A stretch of 37,234 nt of DNA from a virus (taxonomy: Duplodnaviria; Caudoviricetes): the IMG/VR virus record IMGVR_UViG_3300038974_000876, positions 1 through 37,234 of that record; one strand, given 5' to 3'. Below the pieces are notes generated by a model. The model was not told the DNA's origin. It saw only the letters and a program-made list of their open reading frames with translations, and made no database searches. Within the stretch, counting starts at the first letter, position 1. Every line of letters begins with the position of its first letter. Below are positions 8,158 through 15,689 of the stretch, in pieces. A program made the position numbers and the translations under genes.

Positions 8158-8675
8158 GAAAAACAAAAGGTAGGGCGGGTTCGCCGAACACGCCGGAAAG
8201 CGGCGCGATCAGGGATCGCGCCCTACATAACCGGGCAAACGAAATACTCTCTTACATGCGCGACATAGTGGAAGGCATTGCCGATCTGGAAGCCCGCGCC
8301 AATGCGGAGATGGCGGAAGTGACAGCGCGTTACGGCGCGTGGCTCAATCCACTGCGCGACGAACTAGCCGCGCGCGGCAAGGAACTCATCGCGCTCATGA
8401 AGAAAAACAAGGGCGTCCTGTTTGCCGGCACCGACGTTATCGACCTGACCAACGGATCGCTGATCCGCGAGACAGGCGAGAAGGTCAGCATCCCGAAAAC
8501 CGCGCTGGAAACCTGCGAGAAATTAAAATTTAACGACGTCATCAAAATTGTCAAGTCGCTGGACCGCCCCGCTATCGAGAAATGGCCGGACGCCAAGCTC
8601 ACGCTGATCGGCGCGGAGCGCAAACCGAAGGAAGAATTCAAATACAATATAAAAACAGTGAAGCGTGAAAGGTGA
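8154..8675 (+). CDS. gam: Host-nuclease inhibitor Gam-like protein
   Basis: ATGA-coupled start; long N-terminal helix (LEARANAEMAEVTARY...LNPLRDEL); C-terminal VKSLDRPAIEKWPDAKLTLIGAERKPKEEF. Confidence 0.75.
   Translation: MRKTKGRAGSPNTPESGAIRDRALHNRANEILSYMRDIVEGIADLEARANAEMAEVTARYGAWLNPLRDELAARGKELIALMKKNKGVLFAGTDVIDLTNGSLIRETGEKVSIPKTALETCEKLKFNDVIKIVKSLDRPAIEKWPDAKLTLIGAERKPKEEFKYNIKTVKRER
8170..8226. repeat. GTAG-type REP doublet inside the gam 5' end
   Basis: GTAGGGCG...CGCCCTAC terminal inverted repeat enclosing hairpins; 57 bp = 19 codons. Confidence 0.8.
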
Positions 8676-8687
8676 ATGGTAAGAAGA

Positions 8688-8876
8688 ATGGAAAAATTAA
8701 AAATAAATTATTGTACACCGCAGGGCGAATGCGATTGCCCGGACGATAACAAAAGCGAAACAGGCTGCAAACATTTCACGCCGGGAGCGGTCCCGGACGC
8801 CTGCCGATACCGGATCATGCACGCCGATAAATGCATGTCTCCGTTCGCTCTGCGCGATGCACGGGAGGCCGCATGA
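8688..8876 (+). CDS. Small Cys-rich hypothetical protein
   Basis: Six Cys; ends EAA with ATGA coupling to the next gene; start may be 8676 or 8688. Confidence 0.55.
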   Translation: MEKLKINYCTPQGECDCPDDNKSETGCKHFTPGAVPDACRYRIMHADKCMSPFALRDAREAA

Positions 8877-9184
8877 AGTTAATATTCAACAGGCCGATCT
8901 GCAACACCCATGAATGCTGTAACCACAATCCAGAGTACCCAAGCCACTGCGAGATATGGACATCCGTTGACGGCTGCTGCCTCGCGCAGATCCGCCGCCC
9001 GAATCCCGCGCAAAAACTGCTGGCCTGGATCGACCGGCACTGGCTGCGGATCGCCGTCGCGTGCCTGACCGCATCGGTATTTATTTGCTGGACGCTTTTC
9101 GCGGCGGGACTCGGCGCGACAGCGGCGATAGACGACCTGCGGGCCGAACAGCAGATTGCTATGCAGCAATGCAAAAAACGGTGA
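8873..9184 (+). CDS. Cys/His-rich protein with a C-terminal TM helix
   Basis: GGAGG SD, ATGA overlap; CNTHECCNH...CEIW...CC followed by a hydrophobic segment. Confidence 0.6.
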   Translation: MKLIFNRPICNTHECCNHNPEYPSHCEIWTSVDGCCLAQIRRPNPAQKLLAWIDRHWLRIAVACLTASVFICWTLFAAGLGATAAIDDLRAEQQIAMQQCKKR

Positions 9185-9254
9185 ATGGTTAATGGTGAAT
9201 AGTGAATAGTCATTCCCGCGCAGGCGGGCGAAGTGCCCTTTAGGGTAAATCCAG
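9181..9254 (+). repeat. Heptamer tract plus family B hairpin interrupted by a 19-bp mini-hairpin
   Basis: (gtgaatr)x4 at 9181-9208; gtcattcccgcgcaggcggg [cgaagtgccctttagggta] aatccag. Confidence 0.9.
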
Positions 9255-9263
9255 GAGATAGAA

Positions 9264-9845
9264 ATGAATTTTAATTGTCCGTATTGTGGAAAGGAATCAA
9301 ATTTTATGGATATACAAACCAGCAAGGATTTGGAATTTGTCATCGCCGCGCTGCCCTCTTTCAGCACGCGCTACTCACACCTGGTTATGGGCTACGCGCA
9401 ATTATTCGGCGTCACGCCCATGCACCTCAAGGCCAAGAAGCTGCGCCTCATTATTGAAGAGATGAAAAAACTATTCGATGCACAATCGTTCACCTGGCAA
9501 AAGAAACTTTATCCGATCAGCCACGCGGGAATCGCCGAGGCGCTGGACATTTGCATCAAAAAGAATTTTTCCGAACACCTGGAGAATCACAACTATCTTA
9601 AGAAGGTCATGGTCGGCATCTCCGAGCGCGAAGGCAAGAATCAATCACGCGCCGCCGAAAAGGATCTGCGACAGAGCGAAAGCAACGCAACGGCAAGAGG
9701 AATGCACCGGTCGAGTCAAAAAGACTCGACAGAACGATATCCGGATGGCGATGCGGAGGATGCCGGTATCGAGCGGATCACGCCGGAGCAGGCACAGAGC
9801 AACCTGCAGCGCGTCGGCGATATCATTAAGAGCATCGGAGGATGA
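9264..9845 (+). CDS. Hypothetical early protein with N-terminal CPYC
   Basis: AGGAG SD; MNFNCPYCG...NHNYLKKV; usual position before gemA. Confidence 0.7.
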   Translation: MNFNCPYCGKESNFMDIQTSKDLEFVIAALPSFSTRYSHLVMGYAQLFGVTPMHLKAKKLRLIIEEMKKLFDAQSFTWQKKLYPISHAGIAEALDICIKKNFSEHLENHNYLKKVMVGISEREGKNQSRAAEKDLRQSESNATARGMHRSSQKDSTERYPDGDAEDAGIERITPEQAQSNLQRVGDIIKSIGG

Positions 9846-10324
9846 TCATGCAGGCAGACGCTAAACAGAAACAGCTTATTCACATAGCGAAGGCGCAGTG
9901 CGGATTATCCGATGTTGAATACCGTGACCTGATCGCGGGCCACAACAAACGCGGAAAAGATTCCAGCGCCGACCTAACCTACGCCGAGGCCGACGCCGTG
10001 ATCAACTATTTCGTTAAGACTTTGGGATTCAAAATCAAATCGAGCTATATCCGCACCGCCGGGGAATACCGCCGCAAGCGGTGGGCATACGCCAACAGCC
10101 GCCGATCAGGAAACAAACCGTTGCCGGGCAATGTCGTGGCCATGCCATCAGCCATGCAGCTCGATATGATCGCCACGCTATCCGCCCAGGTCGCGTGGAA
10201 ATTCGCGGACGGTTACCAGCGCTGGCTGGCCAAGTATCTCAAGATCAGCCGAATCACAACATCCGCGCAGGCCCAACGCTGCATCGAAGGCCTGAAAGGC
10301 ATGATTAAAAACAGTAAACAGTGA
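9842..10324 (+). CDS. gemA: GemA (Mu gp16-like) regulatory protein
   Basis: KQLIHIAKAQCGLSDVEYRDLI...SSADLT...CIEGLKGM. Confidence 0.85.
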   Translation: MIMQADAKQKQLIHIAKAQCGLSDVEYRDLIAGHNKRGKDSSADLTYAEADAVINYFVKTLGFKIKSSYIRTAGEYRRKRWAYANSRRSGNKPLPGNVVAMPSAMQLDMIATLSAQVAWKFADGYQRWLAKYLKISRITTSAQAQRCIEGLKGMIKNSKQ

Positions 10325-10348
10325 ATGGTGAATAGTGAATAGCGAAAA
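10314..10348 (+). repeat. Heptamer tract
   Basis: gtaaaca gtgaatg gtgaata gtgaata gcgaaaa; holds the gemA stop and the candidate GTG start of mor. Confidence 0.85.
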
Positions 10349-10682
10349 GACATGGATCGAATACATCAAGCCTGAACAACTCCCGGAGGATTATCAACTC
10401 ATCGTTGACGCCATTGGGCTGGAGAACACCATCAAGCTGGCGCAGGCGCTGCCGAGCGTTTATGTATATTTGAAAAGCCCTGACAAACTTTTCAAACCGG
10501 CAAAGATCCAATACGTCCTCGAAAATCACAAAAAAGCAAACCAGGAGAATCCCTTCAACCCGCGACGCATGGCGCTGGAGACGGGTCTGTCCATCCGCGA
10601 GATTTACGACATTATCGAAAACCGTAAGGAACTATCCAAGCAATGCACTATGTTTAGTGAACCTGTGGATCACGACGCTTGA
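10335..10682 (+). CDS. mor: Mor/C-family transcription activator
   Basis: LPEDYQLIVDAIGLENTIKLAQALPSVYVYL...NPRRMALETGLSIREIYDII; last early gene. Confidence 0.85.
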   Translation: MNSEKTWIEYIKPEQLPEDYQLIVDAIGLENTIKLAQALPSVYVYLKSPDKLFKPAKIQYVLENHKKANQENPFNPRRMALETGLSIREIYDIIENRKELSKQCTMFSEPVDHDA

Positions 10683-10707
10683 CTTTTTTTATTGATAGAT
10701 TTATAAG
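10679..10707 (+). promoter_or_regulatory. Sigma70-like promoter TTGACT-N17-TATAAG
   Basis: Near-consensus hexamers with a 17-bp spacer. Confidence 0.55.
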
Positions 10708-10720
10708 GCTTGTCACATAG

Positions 10721-10760
10721 AGAAGCCGCTCTTCACAAGAGGGCGGCTTCTTTCTTTTTT
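10721..10760 (+). terminator. Rho-independent terminator
   Basis: AGAAGCCGCTCTT/AGAGGGCGGCTTCT stem followed by TTCTTTTTT. Confidence 0.85.
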
Positions 10761-10871
10761 GCACCCCGCAAAAGACTCTGCAACCACAATCTATTAAATG
10801 TAATCCACGCATGACGCATCTCTTCTCTTTGCTGTTGCCTGCCGGGATATCAGCCACGCCCGGCAGGCATA

Positions 10872-10935
10872 GTAAGCACACGCTGACGAGAGGAAGCGTA
10901 GAGCGAACTATCCCCGAAGCGCAGCGGATGGGGAC
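10872..10935 (+). repeat. Family A element, copy 1
   Basis: gagcgaactatccccgaagcgcagcggatggggac. Confidence 0.8.
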
Positions 10936-10946
10936 AAAGGCTCACT

Positions 10947-11570
10947 ATGAAACGATTTATCGCCACAATAATATTTTTACTGTTTGCGCAATCAGCTCTC
11001 GCGGCTGATTTTTTGCCGGTTTGGGAAAAGACGATCCTCCCGCATGAGGGCGGCTACTCAAACAACATCCACGATCCGGGAAACTGGACGGGAGGCAAAG
11101 AAGGCGTGGGCCGTTTCCTGGGCACGAAATACGGCATTGCCGCGAGCCAGTACGGCACGTCCCTGCTTGAGCAGGGCATCATCATCAAGCACCTCACCAA
11201 AGAACAGGCGCGCGAACTTTTCCTGCGCGACTACTGGATGAAATTCCATTTCAACAAATTAAATTCCCAGGGCATCGCCGATGAACTCTGCGACGAATCC
11301 GTCAACATGGGCGGCGCGGCGGCAGAGAGGTTGCTCGGTAAAGTATTCGCCGAGATCGAATGGGCAACGCAAAAGCCGGTTCCTGTTCCGGCAAAATTTA
11401 CGCCGGAGACAATCGCCTGGATTAACGAGTACACACGCTCGCGCAGCAACCGCGTGGCGTTTTTCAATTCAATCAGAATCAAGCGCGTGCAGTTTTACGT
11501 TGATCTCGTTCAACGTCGACCGAAAATGAAAATATTTTTCAACGCCTGGATAAACAGGAGCGTGGACTAG
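10947..11570 (+). CDS. Endolysin, glycoside hydrolase family 108, with N-terminal signal peptide
   Basis: HEGGYSNNIHDPGNWT...GTKYGI...YW...VNMG...FFNAWINR; MKRFIATIIFLLFAQSALA leader. Confidence 0.9.
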   Translation: MKRFIATIIFLLFAQSALAADFLPVWEKTILPHEGGYSNNIHDPGNWTGGKEGVGRFLGTKYGIAASQYGTSLLEQGIIIKHLTKEQARELFLRDYWMKFHFNKLNSQGIADELCDESVNMGGAAAERLLGKVFAEIEWATQKPVPVPAKFTPETIAWINEYTRSRSNRVAFFNSIRIKRVQFYVDLVQRRPKMKIFFNAWINRSVD

Positions 11571-11655
11571 TGAGACCGCGCTGCGAGCAAGTGCAGCGCC
11601 GCTCAAAGCGCAGGACGAACTATCCCCCGAAGTCCCAACGGGACGGAGCGGGGAT
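11570..11655 (+). repeat. Family A element, copy 2
   Basis: gtgagaccgcgctgcgagcaagtgcagcg...ggacgaactatcccccgaagtcccaacgggacggagcggggat. Confidence 0.8.
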
Positions 11656-11678
11656 GAAGAAATAGGGAGAAGAAAAAA

Positions 11679-12110
11679 TTGCAATACCTCACAATCATCA
11701 AAACGATCTGGAAATACAAATGGATATTATTGCTGGGGCTGATCGTCATCGCCGCTATTACCATCAATATGCAGAGAAAAATAATCGATGTGAAAAACGA
11801 GAAAATAAAAAATCAGACGGAGCAGATTACCGAACTAACGCGGCGCGCGCAAGTAGCGACTCAGAATAACCGCGCCATCGCGGCGATGTACGAACGATCC
11901 CAGCAAATTAACAAACAGGCCGGACGATTAAAAAATATGTCGGCCCGCCTGCAACCGAGAATCAAGGACTGTTTGAACAATGAAGAAATTACTCGCATCA
12001 ATAATTGTCTTGGCGCTTTTTTCCGTGATGGCGTGTTGCCCGAATCGTGCACTGGTGCAGCCCACATGCCCCAGGCCGGAGCGCCCGGAGTGGAAAGCAG
12101 GCGGCCCTAG
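11679..12110 (+). CDS. Inner-membrane spanin (Rz-like)
   Basis: N-terminal TM helix then coiled coil; follows the endolysin; overlapped by a lipoprotein ORF; TTG start after GGGAG. Confidence 0.75.
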   Translation: MQYLTIIKTIWKYKWILLLGLIVIAAITINMQRKIIDVKNEKIKNQTEQITELTRRAQVATQNNRAIAAMYERSQQINKQAGRLKNMSARLQPRIKDCLNNEEITRINNCLGAFFRDGVLPESCTGAAHMPQAGAPGVESRRP

Positions 12111-12201
12111 CATTATCGACAATTGCGTGAACTCCGTTGTCTATACGAAGGAGCTTGAAAACACGGTGTCCTGTTATGAGGAGACGTTTAATGAGCCTTG
12201 A
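11980..12201 (+). CDS. Outer-membrane spanin (Rz1-like lipoprotein)
   Basis: MKKLLASIIVLALFSVMAC lipobox; Pro-rich; overlaps Rz in another frame. Confidence 0.8.
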   Translation: MKKLLASIIVLALFSVMACCPNRALVQPTCPRPERPEWKAGGPSIIDNCVNSVVYTKELENTVSCYEETFNEP

Positions 12202-12267
12202 TTTTGCGAAGCGAAGCGCACGAAAAATCTTAGAGCGAATTATCCCAGGAGCGTAAGCGACGTGGGA
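12191..12267 (+). repeat. Family A element, copy 3
   Basis: atgagccttgattttgcgaagcgaagcgcacgaaaaatcttagagcgaattatcccaggagcgtaagcgacgtggga. Confidence 0.85.
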
Positions 12268-12282
12268 GGGAGGGGAATAAAT

Positions 12283-12387
12283 ATGTTCGTATTTTTATTA
12301 GGAGTAGCGGTCGGAGTCGCCGCCATTCTCGGCTGGCAGAACAGGGACAAGATAATCGAAGCGATTAAAAACAAACTGGCCGGGTAA
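12283..12387 (+). CDS. 34-aa single-TM protein (possible holin or lysis accessory)
   Basis: GGAGG SD; MFVFLLGVAVGVAAILGWQNRDKIIEAIKNKLAG. Confidence 0.6.
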   Translation: MFVFLLGVAVGVAAILGWQNRDKIIEAIKNKLAG

Positions 12388-12391
12388 CGCA

Positions 12392-12613
12392 TTGGACATC
12401 TTTGATCGGGCGCAGGAGCATGATGAACTATTCCGATCCAACGCGCTCCAAGAACATTTTGCGAAACGCCGATCCCGCCTGCGCGGATCAGACGGCATCT
12501 GCGCCGACTGCGGAGAGCCGATTCCGAAAGGACGATTAAAAGCAAACCCGCAGGCCACACGTTGCATCACATGCCAGGCCCTGGCGGAGAGAAACGGATT
12601 TGAAGACGAATAA
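12392..12613 (+). CDS. TraR/DksA C4 zinc-finger protein
   Basis: DIFDRAQE...CADCGEPIPKGRLKANPQATRCITCQ. Confidence 0.9.
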   Translation: MDIFDRAQEHDELFRSNALQEHFAKRRSRLRGSDGICADCGEPIPKGRLKANPQATRCITCQALAERNGFEDE

Positions 12614-12628
12614 AGGAGACAGGAAGGA

Positions 12629-12934
12629 ATGGAGCAACTCGGCGTATTGAGCATATTAAAAATTCTGGGCGATTTCGGAACTCTGGGGCTGGTCATCTTC
12701 CTCTGGTGGTCGGATAACAAACGCATCTACGCTATTTTAGATCAATATAAAGCCGATATGGCCGAGCAACGTGAGATGTACAAAAACAATACCAAGCTGG
12801 TGACTGCCTACGAAAAGATGTCCAGCGAGCACATGGACATGCTGCGGCTGAATATATCAGCCACGACGGAGCTGGTGACATGGTTGCGTACAAGGACCCC
12901 GTGCCATCAACTGATTAAAAGGGAGATGATGTGA
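12629..12934 (+). CDS. Membrane protein (holin-like or Mu gp25-position)
   Basis: N-terminal TM helix plus coiled coil; lies between lysis and packaging genes. Confidence 0.6.
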   Translation: MEQLGVLSILKILGDFGTLGLVIFLWWSDNKRIYAILDQYKADMAEQREMYKNNTKLVTAYEKMSSEHMDMLRLNISATTELVTWLRTRTPCHQLIKREMM

Positions 12935-13179
12935 TGTCCATACAGAACGAAATGCGGCGCGTCCGCCTGACCAATCTCAATCACAACGCGCATAAGCTGC
13001 GCCTGGAAATAGGCGAACTGGCGCGTGTGATCAGTCTTAATCTGGATACATCCCTGACGCGGGCGGAAAACCTTCCCGTGGAAACCATCGACAGCCAGTG
13101 GGATGAGCTGAAATCAAAGTGGGCGGAGCTGACCATCGCCCTGGCGGATATCAAGCGATTAGAGGATGAATTAATGTAG
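12934..13179 (+). CDS. Hypothetical coiled-coil protein
   Basis: TGATG coupling; clean ORF. Confidence 0.65.
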   Translation: MSIQNEMRRVRLTNLNHNAHKLRLEIGELARVISLNLDTSLTRAENLPVETIDSQWDELKSKWAELTIALADIKRLEDELM

Positions 13180-13233
13180 GGATCGTTCCCCGAACGATCC
13201 GCTCGGCGCGATTGGGAGCGGGAATCCAGGAGG
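13176..13233 (+). repeat. Chimeric repeat: GTAG-REP left part fused to the family B 3' tail
   Basis: gtagggatcgttccccgaacgatccgctcggcgcgattggga + gcgggaatccaggagg. Confidence 0.75.
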
Positions 13234-13240
13234 TAAAGAA

Positions 13241-13471
13241 ATGAATTTTGGGCAAGCGATAGAAGCATTAAAAACGGGTAAACAGGTAGCACGGCGTGGG
13301 TGGAACGGCAAGGGAATGTGGTTGGCCCTTCAATCGCCAGATAAAAATAGCAAGATGTCGCTGCCATATATCTACATGAAAACGGCTGACGATAATTTAG
13401 TCCCGTGGCTTGCATCACAAACCGACATGCTTTCTGACGACTGGGAAGAGGTGAAAACTGTTGGCCGATAA
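13241..13471 (+). CDS. DUF2829 / Tad2-like anti-defence sponge protein, copy 2
   Basis: MNFGQAIEALKTGKQVARRGWNGKGMWL...PYIYMKTADDNLVPWLASQTDMLSDDW. Confidence 0.88.
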   Translation: MNFGQAIEALKTGKQVARRGWNGKGMWLALQSPDKNSKMSLPYIYMKTADDNLVPWLASQTDMLSDDWEEVKTVGR

Positions 13472-13976
13472 GGGTGCGCGCATACAACTCGAACCGATTT
13501 GCCGCCAGGCATATATCGACGGGAAATCACTGACCGCCATCGAAGACATGTACGGTGTATCACGGCAGACGTTATCCGCGTGGAAATCGCAGACCAAAAA
13601 GCCGGGTGAAGAATTCGACGAATGGGACAAGTCGCGCGCCCGCAAGGCCAGCTTCGGCCTGCGCATGGAAGCGCTGCTGGAGCGCGAACTGACCTACGCC
13701 GAAGAGCGCCAGCCCGGCGCAATAGAAGGCGCGTCCCTGGATAACTTAAGCAAGCTCGGCGCGCTGGTGGTGAAGTTCCGGGCGCAGGAAGGCAACGGCG
13801 CGGGCTACGATAAGGCAAAAGTATTTTTGGAAAACATTCAATGGATTGTTGCCTGGTTAAAAGACAACGACCCTGAAGGATTGAAAACCCTGGCAACGGA
13901 TTTCGACGCCATGACGATGCAATATAAAACGGAGTTATTGGGCAATGCTAATGACGCCCGCAGAGAGCAAGCATAG
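13461..13976 (+). CDS. Terminase small subunit-like (DUF1804-type HTH)
   Basis: RQAYIDGKSLTAIEDMYGVSRQTLSAWK...WDKSR; directly before terL. Confidence 0.75.
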   Translation: MADKGARIQLEPICRQAYIDGKSLTAIEDMYGVSRQTLSAWKSQTKKPGEEFDEWDKSRARKASFGLRMEALLERELTYAEERQPGAIEGASLDNLSKLGALVVKFRAQEGNGAGYDKAKVFLENIQWIVAWLKDNDPEGLKTLATDFDAMTMQYKTELLGNANDARREQA

Positions 13977-14024
13977 CGATGCTCGATGCGATGGCGGAAT
14001 TATCACAGGAGTGAAACGACGTGG
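13951..14024 (+). repeat. Family A element, copy 4
   Basis: atgacgcccgcagagagcaagcatagcg...ggcggaattatcacaggagtgaaacgacgtgg; holds the terS stop and the terL SD/GTG. Confidence 0.75.
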
Positions 14025-15601
14025 CAACGCAAATGCGTAAAAAACAGAATTTGTCAGAGGTACAATTTGACGATTATGTCGCGTCATTGCGCAAGAAGAT
14101 CGCCGAAAGTGTATCTCCGTTTATTAACGACACACCCGCAAAAAAGAAAGAACGCATAGCCCGCTGCGCAGATCCGTTGGTTTTCATGCGGACATATCTG
14201 CCGCATTATTTCCCGTGCGAACCTGCGTCATGTCACGCTGAATGGTGTGAGATTGCGGACACGCCCGGATTCAATTTAATCGGCGCGCCGCGCGATCACG
14301 CCAAGACGACCGTGGTCACCTTCGGCCTGCGTGTTTACCGCATTGCCCGGAAGCTGCGCAAATACATCATGCTCGGCTCCAATATCCACGATCAGGCCAA
14401 ACGGTTTAGCGTGTCCATCAAGGTGGAGTTGGAAGATAATCCGCGCCTGCGTTACGACTACGCCGACGCCATCGGCAAAACCAGAACATGGGGAGACGAT
14501 CTTTTTGTGACCAAAGGCGGCACGATGGTGGAAGCCCTGGGGCGCGGCGATCAATGGCGCGGCAAGAAGTTCGGGCCTTACCGTCCCGACGATATCGGCC
14601 TTGACGATCTGGAAGACAACGCGACCGTCAGAAGCCCGGCGGTGACCCGGTCTATTGTTGAATTTATCCAGGGCGAAGTTTTGGGATGCATCGAAGGCGA
14701 TTGCTCGGCAACGATGGTCGGCAATGTTTTCCACGGGAAAAGCGCCCTCTCGCAATTAATAGCGATGGAAGACGAAGACACCGGCGAGAAACTCTACAAG
14801 TCAAAAGTTTACGACGCCATCGTCGATGAAGAAAAACACATCACCCTCTGGCCCGCCCGCTGGCCGTGGGACAAACTCATGCGCCGTAAGTCCATGATCA
14901 CGACCCGCGTCTTTAACAAGGAGTACCGCAATAAATCAACGGAGGAGGACAGCCCTTTTCCGCAGGAGACAGTTAGTTACTTTGAGCGCATTGAACTTCT
15001 CCGCGTCCCGTTGATCTATGCCACCGGCGTCGACCCGGCAAGCACCGCAGGTTCCAGCTCCGACTTTCGGAGTGTTGTCACTTTTGGCCTGGAACGAGTG
15101 AAGATGGAATTTTACTGCATGCACGCCTGGATTAAACGCCGCTCAATCGGTGAATTTTTCGCGGCGGCTTACGCACAGCATGATGAATATCCGGGACCGG
15201 TCATTGTGGAAGAAAACATGCTTAAGGATTTTCTCCATGAGGCCATTCAGAACTACGCAAAGGAAGTCAAACGCTATTTGCCCTGGCGCGCGATCCATCA
15301 CACGACCAGCAAGATCGATTCGCGCATCATCGGCACCTGCGAATATTTGTGGGAACACAAAAAGATGAAGTTCGAACAGCGGCACAGCGACCAGAAGATT
15401 CTTATTGAGCAGTTTGTTTACATCATGAATCCGACCGTCCATGACGACGGTCCCGACGCTGCGGAAATGGCCATAAGCCAATTACAAAAAAACGGCGGAG
15501 TCCAATACGCCTATCATCCCGTCCGTAAAAAAGATGATAACGAAATGACCCGGTCGGTAGTCTGCACTGCCGGTTTAGGTAGGGGGGCAGGATTGTGGTA
15601 A
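14021..15601 (+). CDS. terL: Terminase large subunit
   Basis: APRDHAKTT (Walker A), RPDDIGLDDLE (Walker B), GVDPAS and HDDGPDA nuclease motifs. Confidence 0.95.
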   Translation: MATQMRKKQNLSEVQFDDYVASLRKKIAESVSPFINDTPAKKKERIARCADPLVFMRTYLPHYFPCEPASCHAEWCEIADTPGFNLIGAPRDHAKTTVVTFGLRVYRIARKLRKYIMLGSNIHDQAKRFSVSIKVELEDNPRLRYDYADAIGKTRTWGDDLFVTKGGTMVEALGRGDQWRGKKFGPYRPDDIGLDDLEDNATVRSPAVTRSIVEFIQGEVLGCIEGDCSATMVGNVFHGKSALSQLIAMEDEDTGEKLYKSKVYDAIVDEEKHITLWPARWPWDKLMRRKSMITTRVFNKEYRNKSTEEDSPFPQETVSYFERIELLRVPLIYATGVDPASTAGSSSDFRSVVTFGLERVKMEFYCMHAWIKRRSIGEFFAAAYAQHDEYPGPVIVEENMLKDFLHEAIQNYAKEVKRYLPWRAIHHTTSKIDSRIIGTCEYLWEHKKMKFEQRHSDQKILIEQFVYIMNPTVHDDGPDAAEMAISQLQKNGGVQYAYHPVRKKDDNEMTRSVVCTAGLGRGAGLW

Positions 15602-15689
15602 TGAGCGTTAATTTTTCGAAGCGTAGCGCGCAAAAAATTTTACAGCGAATTATCCCCGCAGTCCCGATTGAATCGGGACGACGTGGGAT
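15601..15689 (+). repeat. Family A element, copy 5
   Basis: atgagcgttaatttttcgaagcgtagcgcgcaaaaaattttacagcgaattatccccgcagtcccgattgaatcgggacgacgtgggat. Confidence 0.9.
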
